This document shows positions 37,230 through 47,623 of a stretch of 64,000 nt of DNA, piece after piece (positions within the stretch are counted from its first letter, which is position 1; each line of letters begins with the position of its first letter). Under the pieces are notes generated by a model that was given only the letters and a program-made list of their open reading frames with translations, was not told the origin of the DNA and made no database searches. Location of the stretch: contig JAJDAK010000064.1 in NCBI GenBank assembly GCA_029261895.1, positions 18,582 to 82,581 on the forward strand. Direction: 5' to 3'. The position numbers and the translations under genes are program-made. Origin of the DNA: Deltaproteobacteria bacterium. Lineage in GTDB: Bacteria; Myxococcota_A; UBA9160; SZUA-336.

Positions 37230-37925
37230 ATGTCGGATCGAAACAAGCATGTGATTGTTACCGGTGGGACGGGCGCGCTCGGGCGCGCGGTGGTGCAGCG
37301 GTTTCTGGCGGCAGGCGATCAGGTATGGGTGCCTTGGATCGAGAAGCGCGAGCGTGACGAAGTATTGGAGCTGTGCGCCGCAGAGATTGAATCCAAAAAG
37401 CTCATTTTGACCGAGGCTGATATTACGGATGACGCGGCAGCGCTTGCGTTGGTGGCATCCGTCGGCGACGTCGACGTGTTGATCCATGGGGTCGGTGGCT
37501 TCGGCGGCGGTTCACCGCTGCATGAAACCGGGCCAGAGCTTTGGAAACACATGTTTCGAATCAACCTGGAGACGGTTCTCTGTATGAGCCGCGCGGTAAT
37601 TCCCGGAATGATCCAACGGCGTGCCGGTGCGATTGTCGGCGTGAGTTCGGTCGCGGTTGAGAATGCTCCCGCAGGACTTTCGGCTTACGCCTGTTCAAAA
37701 GCCGCGGTGGCGACGTTGCTTCGCACGCTACAGCATGAAGTTGCGAACGCCGGAGTGCGCGTCAATGCCGTAGTTCCGACGACAATCGACACGCCGGCAA
37801 ACCGTGCCGCGATGCCGGATGCTGATTTCAGCAGCTGGACATCGTCGGACGCAATCGCATCAACCATCTACTGGTTGAGCAGCGATGCAGCACGAGCGGT
37901 CCGAGGCGCGTTCGTACCCGTCTAA
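37230..37925 (+). CDS. Short-chain dehydrogenase/reductase (SDR)
   Basis: TGGTGALG Rossmann loop, SSVAV..........YACSKAAV (Y-x3-K). Start at MSDRNKHV. Confidence 0.8.
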   Translation: MSDRNKHVIVTGGTGALGRAVVQRFLAAGDQVWVPWIEKRERDEVLELCAAEIESKKLILTEADITDDAAALALVASVGDVDVLIHGVGGFGGGSPLHETGPELWKHMFRINLETVLCMSRAVIPGMIQRRAGAIVGVSSVAVENAPAGLSAYACSKAAVATLLRTLQHEVANAGVRVNAVVPTTIDTPANRAAMPDADFSSWTSSDAIASTIYWLSSDAARAVRGAFVPV

Positions 37926-39130
37926 AGTGTTGCCAACAGTGTTTTGCAGGTCTCCCAAGTTCGTTCAACCGCCTCATGCATGCGTTCCGTTGGTCGATCC
38001 AATTCGGTTTGCAACCAGCGTGCTTCCAGCGGATCAAATGCGGCGCGTACGCGCGGTAAATGATTCGCGAAATCGGATTCGACGACCGTTTGGAGACGCT
38101 TGAGATGCCACCAGAGCGATCGTTCGCGATCTTCGAATTCACCCAGCGCTGCCGGTAGCTCACCGTCTATAAACAAGGGTAGATAGACGCTGCTGCACGG
38201 CGTAGTAAGCGCGAAGAACGAAACCCTGCGGTCGAGCGGAGCCACCATCGAAGCCGTCGTGTGTTGCTGGATTTCATTATGCGCGCAGATCGTGAAATAG
38301 CGCGGGTCTTCGCGATCATCCGTGCATGGATGATCGTTTTGGGATCCGTGATCACGTAGGATCGCCATGAATGTTTCGGAATCGAACGGCCCCTCAGTTT
38401 TTTCGAGCATCTCGCGTGCGCGCGTCTGACGTGAGTCGGAAAAAGCGCGCGTTACCAATTTTGTTGAGCGATAGGCTGCCGCGAAGTCAAAACGGGTACC
38501 GTCGGCTTTCCACCAGCCACGCTGGATGGCAAACACTTCGGCATCATCACTGAGTAAATCCCAGTCGGTCCCGATGCACGGGTGATTAGAGATCGCATCG
38601 AATGCGCCGACCCGTTTGGCCGCCCAGCGTCGGGACGAGGTTTGTAGGATCCAACTTTCTGCCGGGTCGGCGATCAAAAACCCGTTGGAATAGCCGAGGC
38701 GCAAATGCACCCAACCGGGTCCGCCTTGTCCGTATGTCTCGATCAAGCCCGTGATAACTTCCACCGCTTCACGCGCACTCCGCGCGCGTTCAAGTCCGAG
38801 TCGCACGAGATCCATCCCCAAAAGTCCGCGGTCAGGCAATTCGAGCTCCTCATGGGTGAAAACGGTTTCATTGCCAATCGCGACCCCGTGCTCGTTTACG
38901 CCTTGCTCAAATCCCCAGGTCCAGTACGGGCCGCTGCCCAAAACGCGCGCGGTCTGCGGCACCTGGGGGATCTCGAGATAGGTGGTTTGGAGGGAGCTTT
39001 GCCGGGGGTGGGCCAGCCCTGGAACGAGCTGGATCGGCTGGGGCTCGTCCTTCTCGCGGTCGCTGTTCTTGCCGAGGATTGTCGCGCCGCGCGCGGTATT
39101 GGGTCCTAGAGCCACGAGGCAGTCGCACAT
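37922..39130 (-). CDS. Ntn-hydrolase, peptidase C69 / secernin-like (N-terminal Cys nucleophile)
   Basis: MCDCLVALGP...ATILGKNSDREKDE parallels the C69/secernin N-terminus (Cys after the initiator Met, then GKNS-R). Confidence 0.6.
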   Translation of the reverse strand: MCDCLVALGPNTARGATILGKNSDREKDEPQPIQLVPGLAHPRQSSLQTTYLEIPQVPQTARVLGSGPYWTWGFEQGVNEHGVAIGNETVFTHEELELPDRGLLGMDLVRLGLERARSAREAVEVITGLIETYGQGGPGWVHLRLGYSNGFLIADPAESWILQTSSRRWAAKRVGAFDAISNHPCIGTDWDLLSDDAEVFAIQRGWWKADGTRFDFAAAYRSTKLVTRAFSDSRQTRAREMLEKTEGPFDSETFMAILRDHGSQNDHPCTDDREDPRYFTICAHNEIQQHTTASMVAPLDRRVSFFALTTPCSSVYLPLFIDGELPAALGEFEDRERSLWWHLKRLQTVVESDFANHLPRVRAAFDPLEARWLQTELDRPTERMHEAVERTWETCKTLLATL

Positions 39131-39233
39131 GCATCAAATCTTGCCAAGAAATGAAAGTTTATGAAAATGGATGCACTGTCCGATCAGTCTTAGACAGCAA
39201 CGGCCGGTTCTGCCGTCCGAAAGGAAAACCTGC

Positions 39234-39503
39234 ATGCGCATCTGTGTACTCATCTTGGCTCTCGGGCTGCTGATTCCCGTGGAAGCTGAGGCCGCGGAGT
39301 ACAATTCACGCCAAGCGGGCCATCCGCTGCGCGTGGCGGCGTATTTGCTGCATCCCGTGGGTGTGGTGCTGGATTGGGTGATCTTTCGCCCGGCGTGGCA
39401 CCTGGCCCAGTACGAGCCTGTTGCAACGTTGGTGGGAATGGATACTGGCGGGACTACCGAAGCGGATGAGGATGAGATTCCTAACCCGTTCATTGAGCCT
39501 TAG
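39234..39503 (+). CDS. Small secreted hypothetical protein
   Basis: MRICVLILALGLLIPVEAEA signal peptide. AAGGAAAA RBS. Confidence 0.45.
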   Translation: MRICVLILALGLLIPVEAEAAEYNSRQAGHPLRVAAYLLHPVGVVLDWVIFRPAWHLAQYEPVATLVGMDTGGTTEADEDEIPNPFIEP

Positions 39504-39577
39504 CCCGAGACCCCATAAATTCTTGATTCCTCAATAAACTTGCGGCTTTAGCAGCTGGAACGGTATGTTTCTTGCTA

Positions 39578-40111
39578 ATGCTTTATAGGAATCAATATGG
39601 TGCCGCCGCCTTTGTGGCTGTGATCCTCTGGATCGGTTGTGCGGAGCCCGCCGAGGTTGGATCGCCTCCGCCGCGGATTACTGCACCCCCCGCGGAGCTG
39701 GAGGGCGTGGAGTTCCAAGGCTACCGCCGCGGCGATAGCGACATCGAAGTCCTGGCGAAGCGCGCCACGGTGAACAACGAGGACCGTGTCGTCGACCTCG
39801 AAGCGGTTCGGATCCAATTCCGAGATCCGTATAACGGCTCGGTCGAAGTCAGAGCGAAGACCGCCAAGCTAGAAATGGACACGGACGATTTCGTATTGAG
39901 CGGAGGGGTGACGGGAACCACCGCGGACGGTGCGAAGTTCGAAACCGCGGAAATTCATTTTGACCAAGCGCGAAATCGAATGCATTCCACACATCCAGTG
40001 CGCTTCTACCGCGGTCAGACCATTTTACGTGGTCAGCGCATGGAGTTTGATGTTCCTACGCATACCTTGCGGCTCACGGGTGGCGTTTCCGTGCGGGCGG
40101 AGGGTGGATGA
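39578..40111 (+). CDS. lptC: LPS export protein LptC
   Basis: Single N-terminal TM then a periplasmic beta-jellyroll. Sits directly upstream of lptA-lptB-rpoN. The start is ambiguous (TTG 39572 or ATG 39578). Confidence 0.65.
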   Translation: MLYRNQYGAAAFVAVILWIGCAEPAEVGSPPPRITAPPAELEGVEFQGYRRGDSDIEVLAKRATVNNEDRVVDLEAVRIQFRDPYNGSVEVRAKTAKLEMDTDDFVLSGGVTGTTADGAKFETAEIHFDQARNRMHSTHPVRFYRGQTILRGQRMEFDVPTHTLRLTGGVSVRAEGG

Positions 40112-40635
40112 GTCGAAGGCGCAGTGCGCAATGGATAATGTTTCTCTGTCTGCTACCGGCAATGGGTTCTGCGGAAGGGGACCCGAAGGCTGCGGCAACG
40201 CGGTTTGGCTTTGAGTTCGAGGAAGGCGTTCCAATGAAGATCGACGCCGACGAACTCGAAGCGAGGCGGGATGAGAAGACCGGTCGCGAACGCGTGGAGT
40301 TTACCGGCAACGTGCGCGTAGAGCAGGGCGATCTTCGGATTCAATGCAATTGGCTCGAAGCCATTTATCCCAAGGGTGGCGGTGGCAAGCCGTCGCGGAT
40401 TACTGCGCGTGGAGCTGTGCGCATCAAACAATTGAACAACGAAGCGCAATGTACGGAAGCGATTTTGAACAATGACCGTTGCACTGCGCGTTGCATCAGC
40501 GATGACGGACCTGCGGTACTCAAGAGGGGGGAAGAGGTTGTGAAGGGCGAGCAGATCCTGATGGATATGTGTAAAGGCGTGCTCAAGGTGAAGGGTGCGA
40601 AGGTTCAGTTTGGCGCGGAAAAGGCGAAGCCGTGA
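40108..40635 (+). CDS. lptA: LPS transport periplasmic protein LptA (OstA-N family)
   Basis: Signal peptide, [21 protein letters not shown] OstA-like repeat. ATGA overlap with lptC. Confidence 0.7.
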   Translation: MSRRRSAQWIMFLCLLPAMGSAEGDPKAAATRFGFEFEEGVPMKIDADELEARRDEKTGRERVEFTGNVRVEQGDLRIQCNWLEAIYPKGGGGKPSRITARGAVRIKQLNNEAQCTEAILNNDRCTARCISDDGPAVLKRGEEVVKGEQILMDMCKGVLKVKGAKVQFGAEKAKP

Positions 40636-41357
40636 GCCAGACGCTACATGCACGCAACCTAGTCAAACGCTACGGCGCCAAAGAAGCGGTTCGGGATATT
40701 CGGCTGGCTGTCGCACCTGGCGAGATCGTGGGATTGCTGGGGCCAAACGGCGCAGGAAAGACCACAACGTTCAATATGGTCGTGGGCCGAATTCGTCCAA
40801 GTGAAGGTCAGGTGTATCTGGGTGATGAAGAAATCACCAATCTGCCGATGTATCAGAGAGCGCGGCGTGGCATCACGTATTTGCCACAGGAGCCGTCGAT
40901 TTTCAGGAAGCTTTCAGTAGAGGACAATATTCTCGCAATTCTGGAGACGTTACCGATGTCGCGTAGACAGCGTCGGGAGCGATTGGACCAGTTGCTGGCG
41001 GAATTGGATCTTCAAGCGAAGGCGAAACAGAAAGGCGCAACGTTATCGGGCGGTGAACGGCGCCGGGTAGAAATTACTCGGGCGCTGGTATTAGATCCGC
41101 GCTTCATGTTGCTCGATGAACCGTTTTCAGGGATTGATCCAATCGCGGTGATTGAAATTCAAAAAATAATCGCGCAGTTGCGGGAACGGGGCATTGGGAT
41201 CGTAATTACGGATCACAACGTGCGTGAAACACTTACGATTTGTGATCGCGCATATATTATCAAGGACGGCCGCATTATCCGCGAAGGCTCGCCAAGCGAA
41301 ATCACCGAAGATCCGACGGTACGTGAAATCTATTTAGGGCAGAACTTCTCGTTGTAG
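40632..41357 (+). CDS. lptB: LPS export ABC transporter ATPase LptB
   Basis: Walker [10 protein letters not shown], signature LSGGERRR, Walker B LLDEP. GTGA overlap. Confidence 0.9.
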   Translation: MSQTLHARNLVKRYGAKEAVRDIRLAVAPGEIVGLLGPNGAGKTTTFNMVVGRIRPSEGQVYLGDEEITNLPMYQRARRGITYLPQEPSIFRKLSVEDNILAILETLPMSRRQRRERLDQLLAELDLQAKAKQKGATLSGGERRRVEITRALVLDPRFMLLDEPFSGIDPIAVIEIQKIIAQLRERGIGIVITDHNVRETLTICDRAYIIKDGRIIREGSPSEITEDPTVREIYLGQNFSL

Positions 41358-41365
41358 TTGAAACA

Positions 41366-42814
41366 ATGGCACTTGAACTAAAACAACAGATAAAGCTTTC
41401 GCAGTCACTCGTGATGACGCCACAGCTGCAGCAAGCGATTAAGCTGCTGCAACTTTCAAGGCTCGAGCTCACGAACACGGTTCAGCAAGAGCTGGTGGAG
41501 AACCCGGTTCTCGAAGAGGTCCAAGAGGACGAAGTGACGCCGTCCCCCACTGAAACGGGCGCCGAAGAGACTCAGGCGCCGGAACCGGAAATCAATCCGG
41601 ACGACCTGCAGGCGCCCGAACCGACAGCAGAAGAATTGGTCAGTGATCTGGACTGGGACAACTACATGGAATCGAGTCCTCAGACCAGCATGGCGAACAA
41701 CGACGACCAGCGCATGACCGCTGAGGATAATCTGACGCTATCGACATCGCTCGCAGATCATTTGCTCTGGCAGCTCAGTCTCAGCGATCTAAACGATGAA
41801 TCGAAACAGATCGGTGTCACGATCATTGGTAACGTCGATGATAATGGCTATCTCGTTGAGGAACTCGACACGATCGCAGCGCATCATGAGGTGGAGCTGA
41901 AAGAGATAGAAGCCGTATTGTATCGCGTTCAAAAATTCGATCCGGTCGGTGTCGCTGCACGAAACCTGGTCGAATGCCTGTTGGTGCAGATCGAACTGTT
42001 GGGCGTGAAAGATCCGTTGGTTCAATCCGTGATTGAGAAACATCTCGATCTGCTGCAACGCAAAGACTATAAGGGCGTCGCGAAACTCGAAGGAAAGACG
42101 GTCGAGGAAGTCGCTGTAGCGGCTGGCGTCATTGGAAGTTTAGAGCCGCGGCCTGGCCGTCTATTTAATGAGGAGGATCCGGTCTACATCACACCGGATA
42201 TCTACGTTCACAAAGTAGCCGACGAATATCACGTGGTTCTGAATGAAGATGGCATGCCAAAGTTGCGCGTGAGTCCGGCCTATCGAAGTGTCCTCATCAA
42301 GGGTAGCGACGAGCCCAAGGAAACACGTACCTATGTGCGAGAAAAATTGCGCTCTGCGGTTTGGCTAATCAAGTCGATTCATCAACGTCAGCGTACGATC
42401 GTCAAAGTGATGCAGTCGATCATTCGATTTCAGCGCGACTTCTTCGACAACGGCACTGAGCATTTGCGACCACTCAATCTCCGCGATGTCGCGGAAGATA
42501 TTGAGATGCATGAGTCCACCGTGAGTCGCGTCACGACCAATAAGTATGCCCAGACGCCGCATGGTATTTTTGAACTCAAATTCTTTTTCAACTCGAGCAT
42601 TCGGACCCGCGATGGCGAATCGATCGCGTCTGAGTCCGTAAAAGAAAAGATTCGAGAGATCATTCGTAATGAGAATGATCGATCACCGCTCTCTGACCAG
42701 CGGATCGCTGAGGTATTACGCGATTCGGATATTCGTATAGCCAGACGTACGGTTACGAAGTACCGCGAGGGTATGCGGATCCTCTCTTCGACACGACGCC
42801 GAAAAGTCGGTTAG
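41366..42814 (+). CDS. rpoN: RNA polymerase sigma-54 factor RpoN
   Basis: The N-terminal MALELKQQIKLSQSLVMTPQLQQAIKLLQLSRLEL is region I. The C-terminal RpoN box ARRTVTKYRE is also present. Confidence 0.95.
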   Translation: MALELKQQIKLSQSLVMTPQLQQAIKLLQLSRLELTNTVQQELVENPVLEEVQEDEVTPSPTETGAEETQAPEPEINPDDLQAPEPTAEELVSDLDWDNYMESSPQTSMANNDDQRMTAEDNLTLSTSLADHLLWQLSLSDLNDESKQIGVTIIGNVDDNGYLVEELDTIAAHHEVELKEIEAVLYRVQKFDPVGVAARNLVECLLVQIELLGVKDPLVQSVIEKHLDLLQRKDYKGVAKLEGKTVEEVAVAAGVIGSLEPRPGRLFNEEDPVYITPDIYVHKVADEYHVVLNEDGMPKLRVSPAYRSVLIKGSDEPKETRTYVREKLRSAVWLIKSIHQRQRTIVKVMQSIIRFQRDFFDNGTEHLRPLNLRDVAEDIEMHESTVSRVTTNKYAQTPHGIFELKFFFNSSIRTRDGESIASESVKEKIREIIRNENDRSPLSDQRIAEVLRDSDIRIARRTVTKYREGMRILSSTRRRKVG

Positions 42815-42844
42815 ACTGCCCCGCAATACGTAGGGACGGACCCG

Positions 42845-43306
42845 ATGAAGCTCACAGACATCCTGATTCAAGACGCGTGCATAATCGATCTCGAAGCGCG
42901 CACAAAAAAGGAAGCGCTTCGTGAGCTCGCCGAGCGACTCACGGCGAACATCGATGAGCTCGACACCATGGAGCTTCTCGACCTGCTGCTAGAGCGCGAA
43001 AAGCTCGGTACCACGGCGATGGGCGATGGCATCGCAATTCCGCACGCGCGGATTGAATCGATTGATCGTTTGGTGGCGAGTTTCGGCCGTAGCCGTCACG
43101 GCGTCGACTTCGACGCGATCGATGGCAAACTCACCCAGCTATTTTTTCTCCTGGTCGCACCGGGTAAAGAGGGAAGCGCGCATCTGCTGACCCTGGCCAA
43201 GCTTTCTCGCTATTTGGCACTTCCTGAATTTCGCACCAAATTGATCGATGTTGAATCCGAGGAGGAACTCTTCCGCATCTTTGAAGAAGAGGAATCTCGG
43301 CACTGA
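42845..43306 (+). CDS. ptsN: Nitrogen-regulatory PTS EIIA(Ntr), PtsN
   Basis: PTS EIIA type-2 fold with the phosphorylatable His in GIAIPHARIE. Confidence 0.85.
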   Translation: MKLTDILIQDACIIDLEARTKKEALRELAERLTANIDELDTMELLDLLLEREKLGTTAMGDGIAIPHARIESIDRLVASFGRSRHGVDFDAIDGKLTQLFFLLVAPGKEGSAHLLTLAKLSRYLALPEFRTKLIDVESEEELFRIFEEEESRH

Positions 43307-43315
43307 GCCGGCGCC

Positions 43316-43855
43316 ATGGCGGACGCCAAGGCAAATCGGGTGCACGGTACGCTGGTCGAGGTTGCAAGCGTTGGCGTGCTTGTATTCGGGCGCAGCGGGA
43401 TCGGAAAGAGTGAGTGTGCACTTGAGCTCGTGATGCGGGGCCATCGCCTCGTTGCCGACGACGTGGTGCTTATCGATGTCGACGCTGATGATCGGCTGAT
43501 TGGTACGAGTCCAGAATTGGTTCGGCACTACATGGAGCTGCGCGGAATCGGCATCGTTCACGTTCCGAGTGTGTTTGGGCCAAATTCTGTGGTGGATGCG
43601 GCTACGATCGACTTGGTGGTTCAGCTCTGGGAATGGGGTTCGGGTGATGTGGATCGAACGGGATTGGATCGTCGCACAACCCAGTTGGTGGGATTCGAAA
43701 TCGACGCATTGTATCTACCCGTCGCTCCGGGCCGAAATGTCGCGAGTCTGGTTGAAGTCGCCGCACGCAATCATCTCCTGCGCAAAAGAGGACGCAGTGG
43801 TGCAGCCGACTTAGAAACGCGTGTCGCTGCAACGTTGCGCGACGGTTCGTCATGA
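43316..43855 (+). CDS. hprK: HPr kinase/phosphorylase, short form (C-terminal kinase domain only)
   Basis: P-loop GRSGIGKSE, then LVADD and ELRGIGI motifs. At 179 aa it lacks the N-terminal domain of long HprK. Confidence 0.85.
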   Translation: MADAKANRVHGTLVEVASVGVLVFGRSGIGKSECALELVMRGHRLVADDVVLIDVDADDRLIGTSPELVRHYMELRGIGIVHVPSVFGPNSVVDAATIDLVVQLWEWGSGDVDRTGLDRRTTQLVGFEIDALYLPVAPGRNVASLVEVAARNHLLRKRGRSGAADLETRVAATLRDGSS

Positions 43856-43877
43856 TGAAAAAAAGGAGGGTGAAGCC

Positions 43878-44300
43878 TTGATCGGAGTCGTCATCGTAAC
43901 GCACTACCACCTGGCGGAGGAATTCCTGCGAGCGCTGCAGTTGATCGTGGGTGAGCTAGATCACTTTCGCGCGATCGGGCTGGATCCGTCGTTCACGCCC
44001 GAAGACATGCGGGCACGCATCGACAAGGCGGTTCACGAAGTGGATACAGGTGCGGGCGTACTGCTCGTCGTTGATATGTTTGGCGGTACGCCATCGAATA
44101 TCTGTCTGAGTTTTCTCGATGCAGGTCGCGTTGAGGTCGTCACCGGGCTCAATCTGCCGATGATTGTCAAGATCGCCCGACTGAGAGACCCCATGCCCGT
44201 TCATGAAGTGGCCGAGATCGCACGCGACTACGGTCAGAAAAATATTTCCGTCGCTAGCGATATCCTTTCCAACAACAGCGATGGAGGGAGCGGATCGTGA
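43878..44300 (+). CDS. PTS EIIA, mannose/fructose family
   Basis: IGVVIVTHYHLAEE (EIIA-Man phospho-His region). TTG start with an AAGGAGG RBS 8 nt upstream. The ORF-track GTG at 43821 overlaps hprK. Confidence 0.75.
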   Translation: MIGVVIVTHYHLAEEFLRALQLIVGELDHFRAIGLDPSFTPEDMRARIDKAVHEVDTGAGVLLVVDMFGGTPSNICLSFLDAGRVEVVTGLNLPMIVKIARLRDPMPVHEVAEIARDYGQKNISVASDILSNNSDGGSGS

Positions 44301-44572
44301 GCCAGATCGAGGCCGAATGCGTGATTTGCAACCGACTGGGGCTGCACCTCCGCGCTGCCGCGGAATTCGTAAAGCTGGCCGAGCGATTCGAGAGTGAAAT
44401 CAGCTTGATTCGAGGCGGAGCATCTGCCAATGGCAAGAGCATCATCTCGCTGGTGACGTTGGCGGCGGCGCAGGGTACCGCGGTTCGCGTGGTTGCGGAC
44501 GGAGAAGATGCCGAGCAGGCTGTCGCGGCTTTGCAGGGGCTTATCGAGAATCGTTTCGGGGAGGATGCGTGA
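44297..44572 (+). CDS. ptsH: Phosphocarrier protein HPr
   Basis: GLHLRAA (His-15 region) and GKSIISL (Ser-46 region for HprK). Confidence 0.9.
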   Translation: MSQIEAECVICNRLGLHLRAAAEFVKLAERFESEISLIRGGASANGKSIISLVTLAAAQGTAVRVVADGEDAEQAVAALQGLIENRFGEDA

Positions 44573-46338
44573 GTTCCACGTCTCCAGAACGCTGGGGTGT
44601 CGCGGCTTCGCCGGGAATCGCGATCGGCCCCGCCTACGTGCTGCGGCGCGAGCGGTTGGTGATTCCGGAATACCGCATCGAAGCCAGCCAAGCGGACGCT
44701 GAAGTTACGCGACTCGAAAAAGCGTTCACCGACACCACATCGCGTTTGCAGGAGATTCGCGATGGCATGGAGAGCACGGGTCTCGTCGGCGATATTTTCG
44801 ATTCGCAGTTCCTATTTTTGAAGGACCCGACGCTGCTCGAACACGCCAAGCGCAATATTCGTGAGCTGTCGCTGAACGCTGAGTGGGCATTGCAACGTGA
44901 GCTGTCCCGTTTGCGTGCTGTATTTGAATCCATCGCTGATCCGTACATTCGTGAGCGCAGCAGCGATGTGGGATTCGTGGTGCGTCGCGTGCTTGAAGCC
45001 CTGATGGGCCGTGAGCCGGAAGGCTTGGGTAATGCGCCTGCCGGAGTTGTTGTTGTCGCAGAAGATATTTCGCCGGCGGAGCTCGCGCAGGTGACACGGG
45101 AGAGCATCGCGGGTTTCGTGACCGAAAGTGGTTCACGCACGGGTCATGTGACCATCATGGCACGAAGTCTCGAGATTCCAGCTGTGGTGGGAGCGGGTAC
45201 GGGGTTTGTGCGCAATATCACCGATGGCGATCCGATGATCGTCGACGGTCGTACCGGTCGCTTATTGGTAAACCCTGGCAAAGAGACCGTCGAGGACTAT
45301 CGGCATCGACGCGAGGACTACCAGACGCTGACACGCCAGCTGATGCGCTACGTCGATCTGCCGGCAGAAACGCGAGATGGCGTGAGCGTGCGCATGTGCG
45401 CAAACGTCGATTTGCTCGAAGAAGTCGAAGACGCCCGACGTTACGGCGCGGAGGGGATCGGCCTTTATCGAACCGAATTCATGTTCATGAACCGTCGCGA
45501 TCTACCCAACGAAGACGAGCAGTACCTTGCCTATAAATCGATTCTTGAAGCGGTCGCACCGCAGTCCGCAGTGATTCGTACGCTCGACTTGGGTGGAGAA
45601 AAGATCCCGTCGGGGCTTGATTTGGCGGAGGAGCCAAATCCTGCGCTCGGCCTCCGCGGGGTTCGCATGTCGTATTCAAGACCTGAAGTGTTTCGAACCC
45701 AGCTTCGCGCGCTGCTTCGCGCCAGTGCGCATGGCCGGTTGAAGATTCTCCTTCCCATGGTTTCGAATCGGTCGGAGGTCGATTTCGCGCGCTCGGTGCT
45801 CGATCGTGTGAAGACGGAGCTCGAAGCGGAGGGCATCAAGATCGATCATCAGGTTCAATTCGGCGTGATGATTGAAACGCCGGCCGCGGCAATGATCGCG
45901 GATTTGATCGCACCCCAAGCCGATTTCCTATCAATTGGTACCAATGATTTGCTTCAGTACACGCTGGCGGTCGATCGCACCAACGAACAGGTCGCCTATC
46001 TATATGAACCGCTCCATCCGGCGCATCTGCGGCTGGTTCAGCAGATTTGCCAGGCCGGCCGCCGTGCTGGAATCGTGGTGGGGATGTGCGGCGAGATGGC
46101 GGGCGATCCGCTGCATTGCTGGATTTTACTGGCACTCGGGATCGGAGAGCTCAGCATGGCGCCTTTCGCGATCCCTTTACTGAAGAAGATCCTGCGGGAT
46201 TCGACCATCGCAGAAGCTCGGGCACTGCTTGCGGAGGTGATCCAGCTCTCATCGGCCCTCGAGATTCGTGAGCGGGTCGAACGCACCATGCGCCAGCGTT
46301 TTCCGGTCGAATTCGAGCGCATCGTCGCCACCGGTTAG
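44569..46338 (+). CDS. ptsI: PEP-protein phosphotransferase, Enzyme I
   Basis: GSRTGHVTIMARSLEIPAVVG (phospho-His domain), C-terminal PEP-utilising TIM barrel. Confidence 0.9.
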   Translation: MSSTSPERWGVAASPGIAIGPAYVLRRERLVIPEYRIEASQADAEVTRLEKAFTDTTSRLQEIRDGMESTGLVGDIFDSQFLFLKDPTLLEHAKRNIRELSLNAEWALQRELSRLRAVFESIADPYIRERSSDVGFVVRRVLEALMGREPEGLGNAPAGVVVVAEDISPAELAQVTRESIAGFVTESGSRTGHVTIMARSLEIPAVVGAGTGFVRNITDGDPMIVDGRTGRLLVNPGKETVEDYRHRREDYQTLTRQLMRYVDLPAETRDGVSVRMCANVDLLEEVEDARRYGAEGIGLYRTEFMFMNRRDLPNEDEQYLAYKSILEAVAPQSAVIRTLDLGGEKIPSGLDLAEEPNPALGLRGVRMSYSRPEVFRTQLRALLRASAHGRLKILLPMVSNRSEVDFARSVLDRVKTELEAEGIKIDHQVQFGVMIETPAAAMIADLIAPQADFLSIGTNDLLQYTLAVDRTNEQVAYLYEPLHPAHLRLVQQICQAGRRAGIVVGMCGEMAGDPLHCWILLALGIGELSMAPFAIPLLKKILRDSTIAEARALLAEVIQLSSALEIRERVERTMRQRFPVEFERIVATG

Positions 46339-46444
46339 GGCCTTCCGGAAGGAAGCTCGTTTTCCGGGGGCGTCTTCTGAGCTGTATTGCTAGGATTCGT
46401 CGCCACGACGTCGGCCATAGGGGCCGAGGGGAAGGGGTGCGGAT

Positions 46445-47608
46445 ATGGCGCGAAGGCTTTTCACGTCCGAATCGGTGTCTATGGGGCATCCGGACAAGTT
46501 GGCAGATCAGATTTCAGACTCGATTTTGGACGCGTTCCTCACCCAGGATCCCGAAAGTCGTGTCGCCTGTGAAACCTTGATTAAAACCGGTTTCGTAGTG
46601 GTTGCGGGCGAAGTCACGACCAATGGTTTCGTTGATATTCCCAAGCACGTGCGCGAGGCGATTCTCGATGTGGGGTATGACGATGCCGCGATGGGGATCG
46701 ATGGCGCGAGCTGCGGCGTGCTGGTCGCGATCGAAGAGCAATCTCCCGATATCTCACAGGGCGTGACCGAGGGCGAAGGCCTGTACAAGGAACAGGGCGC
46801 CGGCGATCAAGGCATGATGTTTGGCTTCGCCTGTGACGAGACCCCGGAACTGATGCCCCTCCCGATTATGCTGGCGCATCAGCTGATGAAAAAGCACGCC
46901 GAGATTCGTTTCTCCGGTGAGCTCGACTTTTTACGACCCGATGCCAAATCCCAGGTGACGGTGGAGTATGCGGGTGATCGTCCCGCGCGGATAGATGCGG
47001 TCGTACTTTCGACCCAGCACGCACCCACAGTGAGTCACGATGACCTCAAGGCCGCGGTGCTGGAAAAGATTATTTACCCGGTGATTCCCAAAGAGTTGAT
47101 CGACAACGAAACACGACTTTTCGTAAACCCGACGGGTCGCTTTGTTGTCGGGGGGCCAGCGGGCGATGCAGGTTTGACGGGTCGCAAGATCATCGTGGAT
47201 ACCTATGGTGGCATGGGTCGTCATGGTGGGGGTGCTTTCTCCGGCAAGGATCCATCGAAGGTGGATCGGTCCGCGGCCTATGCGTCGCGCTGGGTCGCGA
47301 AGAACTTGGTGGCGGCCGGTGCCGCGACGCGCCTTGAACTTCAGGTTTCCTACGCGATCGGTGTTGCTGAACCGGTTTCAATTTTGGTGGATACTTTTGG
47401 TACCGGCCGTGTGAGCGATGAAGACATCGTGCGCGCAGTCCGCAAGCGTTTCGACCTAACACCCAAAGGCATTATCGACTCGCTCGATTTGCGTCGGCCC
47501 ATCTATCGCCAGACCGCGTGTCATGGTCACTTTGGTCGCAGCGAATCGGACTTCTCGTGGGAAGACATCAGTAAAGCGGATGAGTTACGCCGCGATCTCA
47601 GCCTCTGA
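46445..47608 (+). CDS. metK: S-adenosylmethionine synthetase
   Basis: [20 protein letters not shown] and [19 protein letters not shown]. Confidence 0.95.
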   Translation: MARRLFTSESVSMGHPDKLADQISDSILDAFLTQDPESRVACETLIKTGFVVVAGEVTTNGFVDIPKHVREAILDVGYDDAAMGIDGASCGVLVAIEEQSPDISQGVTEGEGLYKEQGAGDQGMMFGFACDETPELMPLPIMLAHQLMKKHAEIRFSGELDFLRPDAKSQVTVEYAGDRPARIDAVVLSTQHAPTVSHDDLKAAVLEKIIYPVIPKELIDNETRLFVNPTGRFVVGGPAGDAGLTGRKIIVDTYGGMGRHGGGAFSGKDPSKVDRSAAYASRWVAKNLVAAGAATRLELQVSYAIGVAEPVSILVDTFGTGRVSDEDIVRAVRKRFDLTPKGIIDSLDLRRPIYRQTACHGHFGRSESDFSWEDISKADELRRDLSL

Positions 47609-47623
47609 TTCAGGAGCAAATAA

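Noticed and set aside
39541-39580. Sigma-54 -24/-12-like sequence (cGGtat-N-cTTGCt) upstream of lptC
   Set aside because: The -24 element is a poor match (CGGTAT versus TGGCAC), and the TTGC overlaps the probable lptC start codon region. Probably chance.
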